A stretch of 64,000 nucleotides of DNA from Amoebidium appalachense. Its lineage: Eukaryota; Protista; Ichthyosporea. This document shows, piece after piece, positions 59,485 to 64,000 of the stretch. Numbering within the stretch: the first letter of the stretch is position 1; each line of letters starts with the position of its first letter. Where the stretch lies: contig CAVNZM010000002.1 in the NCBI GenBank assembly GCA_963693365.1, positions 4,542,259 through 4,606,258 of the forward strand. Direction: 5' to 3'. A model generated the notes under the pieces. That model made no database searches and had not been told where the DNA came from. It was given only the letters and a program-made list of their open reading frames with translations. Made by a program: the position numbers and the translations under genes.

Positions 59485-60937
59485 GATGGTGGTTGAACAT
59501 ACGACATGAGTGGCAGACGGAAGAATGAAAGCACGAGTTGCGAGAAAAGGCATCAATGGTACGCTGATGAACTTTTGCTTGGGCGGGGGGGCCTTAGCTG
59601 CCTTGTTTCATTGACTACAGGCTAATGAATCTGGACGTTCACTGCTGTTGCTTCCCCGGCAGAGCTATTTCTCTTGATTATGCACAGGAGTCCAGTGCAT
59701 GTAATTGGACTACGTATACTGTTCGTGGTATATATGGACGCAGCACTGCTGAACCATTTTGAACCGAAGTTGCAATATGATGAACTAGAACTAGAATATC
59801 TTAGTGTACTATATGTATCAGTATGTCTCCTATCATGGTATACTGTACTTGGTGTTATTCCTGCTCAATTTGGTATTTATTCCTGTTTAACAACTTAGAA
59901 TGCTTCTTTTTATCCCGATCGAGGTAGATTTTTCGTTATAAAGTGTGTTGAGTTGGTGAAGCTGATTTTTGTGCTTGTTTAAAAGGGCTATGTGCTCTCT
60001 CTGATAATTGAGTTTTCGCTTGCCAAGACAGAACTAGTTGCTTTTTGTTTTGTCACTACGAGTTAGAGATTACTGGCGCCGCTGCCAATGAACGACATGC
60101 GCAATTGCATAATGGTTTGTGTTTGGCCCACCCAGATCTGAGTAGTGCACATTTCTCTGTGCATTGCAATTGAACCCTGTGTATAGACATGCACATGCCC
60201 TGGCAAGGACCGTACATGCTCATTGCAAAACCGAAAGTTTACGCTCATTGCACACACAGGTGTGTCCGACTCGTCACAGATCGTCACACGACACAGTCAA
60301 TTACTTCTGCTGTGAAAATACCGCTTCACATGCACAAGACCCACACCCACACACGCCTGTTAGCAGCCATACACATCCCTATTTTCAACGGCTTTTGCCT
60401 GTATGGGGGCACCGCCTTGATACCAGCCAAGTGCCTGCCCTGCAGCAAAGGTACTGTACGGGCAACTTGGCCCGGTAAGGAAAAGGTGTGCCTTCCAAAT
60501 TACACAGTTTGCTCGTTTCGAACAGCTGTGGCCATGAATCTTGCACTCACTATCATACTGGGATGGCCTCTCGAGGTCTACCTCTTGTTTGGACGACTAG
60601 TTATGGCCCCCAAGACCACAATATAAAAAGCCAGAGCTCCAGTTATACGATTCCGAATGAGGTGATAGCTGCTTAATCACCATTTCTTTTCCTGACTTCC
60701 TCAAAGCACTCAGCCGTACCCCTCCCCCCCCCCTCCCCCCCCCCCCCCCCCCCCCCCGGCCATTCCCTCCCCCCCCCCACCCCCCACCCCCCCTGGCGCC
60801 AGAAAAAAAAGCACTTTACAGCCCCACCTTACTCTTGGTTTCTGGTTTTTGCATGTTTGTAACGTTTCTTGTTTTGCTTTATTTTATCTATACCATGTTC
60901 CAACCCGACCATACTATGGCATCCATACCCCCCCCCC

Positions 60938-60974
<37 letters not shown>

Positions 60975-61673
60975 TCTGCTCCCCCCCCCCCCCCCCCTCT
61001 TCCCCCCGGTTGCATCCCCCCGCCCCCCGCCTCCTCGCCCCCCTCACCATGCGGCCACACAAGCACACACATACATTAGCAGGTATCCGTCATAAACTTG
61101 CCTGCGTAATCTCTCTTGCCTGGCTCGGCCCAAGTGTATCATCCACCTTCTCTTTTCAATTATGCAAGAGCAAGTGATGACAACACGCATACTACTGCCT
61201 TTGGGACTTCGGGGCACCAGCAGTTCCCTTTCAGCTCCAGGAAGTGACATCGGGCTGGGGCAGGCAGGGTTCAAAATATTCAAGGAACAAGTAGGCAGTA
61301 TATTTGACTGATACGTACGGGATACGGGCGCTGCCCTTCTTTGTTAGACGTGATCGAAGGTAATAATCAGAAGAAAACGAGCTGCAAAGGAATTCGGTTA
61401 ACTAAGACTACTAAGACTTCTCTGTACTATGCAAAGGTTTCTTGTCGCCGATATCGGCGCCGAGGTCCATGCCGGTAGAACAGAAGCTGGTGCGCATCTT
61501 ACGGAGTTGGCCGGTTATATGCACCACAGATAGTGTGCTGCTAACAAGGAGCTGCTTGAGGCGTAGGTGTTGCGCTGTCTAATAGGCCGCAACAGGTACC
61601 GCGATGTGCCGTGCAAACACCAGTTGACCAAACGATATGACCACCGCTTTATGTAAACAGGGTTATTTGGAAG

Positions 61674-61862
61674 TTATTGTTGTGAATTGCTTCCGTATGA
61701 AAACCACCTCCGGTTCTTCTGGCCCGGCAGTGCACCAAAGTCCACGGTAGCCTTAGCTGCGTGGCCCTCCTTGACGCCTACAAGCCCGGCCTCAGCAAGC
61801 TCAAGCATGGCGTCAGAAATGGCGGGCTTTGTCAGGTTGGAGAGGGCGCGCGTACGAGTCAT
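61674..61862 (-). CDS. Putative small intronless protein, 62 aa
   Basis: MTRTRALSNLTKPAISDAMLELAEAGLVGVKEGHAAKATVDFGALPGQKNRRWFSYGSNSQQ. Start context TAACCATG; many G/C-ending codons. Confidence 0.45.
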   Translation of the reverse strand: MTRTRALSNLTKPAISDAMLELAEAGLVGVKEGHAAKATVDFGALPGQKNRRWFSYGSNSQQ

Positions 61863-63551
61863 GGTTACGGTAGTAGGTGCTTGGAGGTTTGGGTTGTTTG
61901 AGGATTAGGGAACACCACACCGTTGAAACAACGCGGAGTGAGTGACTGAAGCTGCCTCGCACGGCCGGTTTATCCTTTGCGCTGTGACTGGCCAACTAAG
62001 AAGAACGCCTGCAGCCTACCAGCTAAAACATATTGCTGATAATCGACGAATGAAATGAGCCTAAATTCAGATGGCCATGCGAAATGGAGGCACGCGTTTC
62101 AATCGTTTATCAGCATGAAACATTCTTACACAAGATGCCTGTGCTTTTGTGATAATACAAAACTTATCAACAAAGCAAAGTCTTAAGTTTAATGGGTTTT
62201 TTAGTTTCCTCTCAGTAGCATAATGGTTCTTTGCAGGGCCATGCATCTTAGAGGCTCAGTGTTGCATGATAATTATTGTGGAGCAGCATTTGCCAACCAG
62301 CGGCATGCTGTCCGCCGAGTCGTTGTCACCTGGTGGACCCCAATTCCGCGGCAAATATGTAGCCAATAGACACCCGTTAATTTATCGGCAAGGAAATTAT
62401 TCGCCCAATCATATGTCTTCCTGCAATTCAAATATGAAAGGCGAAGCTGCAGAGTCAGTGCAGACTTGCAGTGCCGCAGCGCAGGCTGCATGCAGCTGCG
62501 AATTCGAGGACCTCAGGCTGTGACTTCGTGGTTTCAAAATTTAAAGAACGCATCAGGACCAAGTTGTTAATTTACTATAAAAGAGTGTAGGTATCATCAA
62601 TTTACAGTATGTAGCCCGGGTAGCTATGTTTTCAGAAGCCGAACCGTGCTTGGAAATTCTATCACGTCACAGTCTGAGTCTCGTGGTGCCATGTCGCGAG
62701 GAATGTAAATGGTATGCAGTGACGTCACAATGGGTCTCAGAGGCGAGTCAGCACGGCCCTCTGATGGTCTGACCACGGAGTCAGGCACTCTGGTGCCCGG
62801 TGTTCAGCATAAGGCTTGTGACATACACCGTGGGCACACACGTGCACACTGCACACACAAATTTGCACACACAGTTGGAGTTACGAATTACCAAAACTCC
62901 CACACGCACATCCGGGCCGCCCCCACCGTGGACTGTCACACCGTTTTTTTTGTACGACTGGCGTGGGTCTCCTGTCACTCTCCTGGCCAGACTCCCAGTC
63001 ACAGGCAGTGATACAGGCTCGGAGCACTTGCCAAATAAAGCAAAAACAACAAACCGAAAGAATGTGCCATACTATCCTGTGATTGGATAAGTCGAGCAGA
63101 CCGATCCAGACCGAGCCACTACCAAGGAGGCCTTGGCCAGGACTCATGCAGGGAGCTAGGCTCAGGTGGCGCCAGTCACCTCATCAATGTGCGAAAAGAA
63201 GCTAATTAGTGTGATGAAAGGGCAAAGAGAAACACTCGCTTGCAGCCTTACTCCTAGCTCACGACCTTAAGTCTGAGAGCTTTGCAGGACAGGCTCACGA
63301 TATATAGCTCACTGTACTGGCTTGCTGACTCCGGATCCGCCGGACCTCTCCGCCCGTGCGGAGTGCGGACACATTATCATGGTTTCGCCCAATCAAAAAG
63401 ACAACTGGTTGGACCTGGCCTGAAGTTTAGCACCCATCTCCCTAGAGCAGTTTGTTTAAATTTCAGTCCTCCGAGACCTGCATACGTCACAGAGGGGCAT
63501 CTGGTGCGATGTCAACCAATCGGATGCGTACGCACCACTTGCCATAACTAC

Positions 63552-63733
63552 ATGGCAGAAATGAGGTGAGCTTGGCCACGGCCGGCTTGGCGCAGGCCTA
63601 CTTGTGGGTGGACAGGCAGCGAGACCAACTTGCGGCGGTGAGCATGGCAGGAGTCGGCACTGTGCGCGGGCTGTTGCAGTGGCTGCTGCGGCCAAACCCA
63701 CTGCCACGCTACCAGAACTTGGCTGCTTGGAAG
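63552..63733 (+). CDS. Putative 5' end of a spliced gene continuing beyond the window
   Basis: Exons 63552-63565 (|gtgagc), 63616-63637 (|gtgagc) and 63680-63733 (|gtttgg) join in phase to MAEMRQRDQLAAWLLRPNPLPRYQNLAAWK. Intron-typical poly-C and (CA)n tracts follow. Confidence 0.45.
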
Positions 63734-63741
63734 GTTTGGAC

Positions 63742-63772
<31 letters not shown>

Positions 63773-63792
63773 GCCCCTGCCCTCGCGCGCCT

Positions 63793-63972
<180 letters not shown>

Positions 63973-64000
63973 CCCCAACACCCCAAACTCCAACCCTCCT

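Overview
This is eukaryotic genomic DNA from an extremely intron-dense genome. The organism cannot be identified from this window; a unicellular eukaryote such as an ichthyosporean-type opisthokont or an alga is plausible. Almost all entries in the six-frame ORF track are artefacts of (CA)n/(TG)n, poly-G/C and poly-T/A tracts in introns. Manual splicing on GT(GC)-AG boundaries with phase checking gave five multi-exon genes. (1) POP5, an RNase P/MRP subunit (-, 4 exons). (2) A Sho1-like four-TM protein with no SH3 domain found (+, 5 exons). (3) A secreted DUF5054/GH38-like glycoside hydrolase (-, 9 exons, one GC-AG intron). (4) A TBC-domain Rab-GAP with a long coiled-coil tail (+, about 40 mostly tiny exons). 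(5) A 1322-aa, 23-exon type-I membrane protein (-): signal peptide, Asn-rich and Pro-rich segments, two SUEL-type lectin domains, three copies of an unnamed ~100-aa domain, an Agd3/CBM87-like module, a TM helix and a short tail. Also present are two partial genes at the window edges, two small intronless ORFs, a decayed non-LTR retrotransposon 3' fragment, a CACTA-ended MITE-like insertion and many minisatellites. The most notable observations are the mosaic glycan-binding receptor, 3' splice sites with a close branch point and a G-rich linker instead of a polypyrimidine tract, and intronic minisatellites that are tandem copies of the splice signals themselves. All family assignments come from motif recognition by eye, not database searches.
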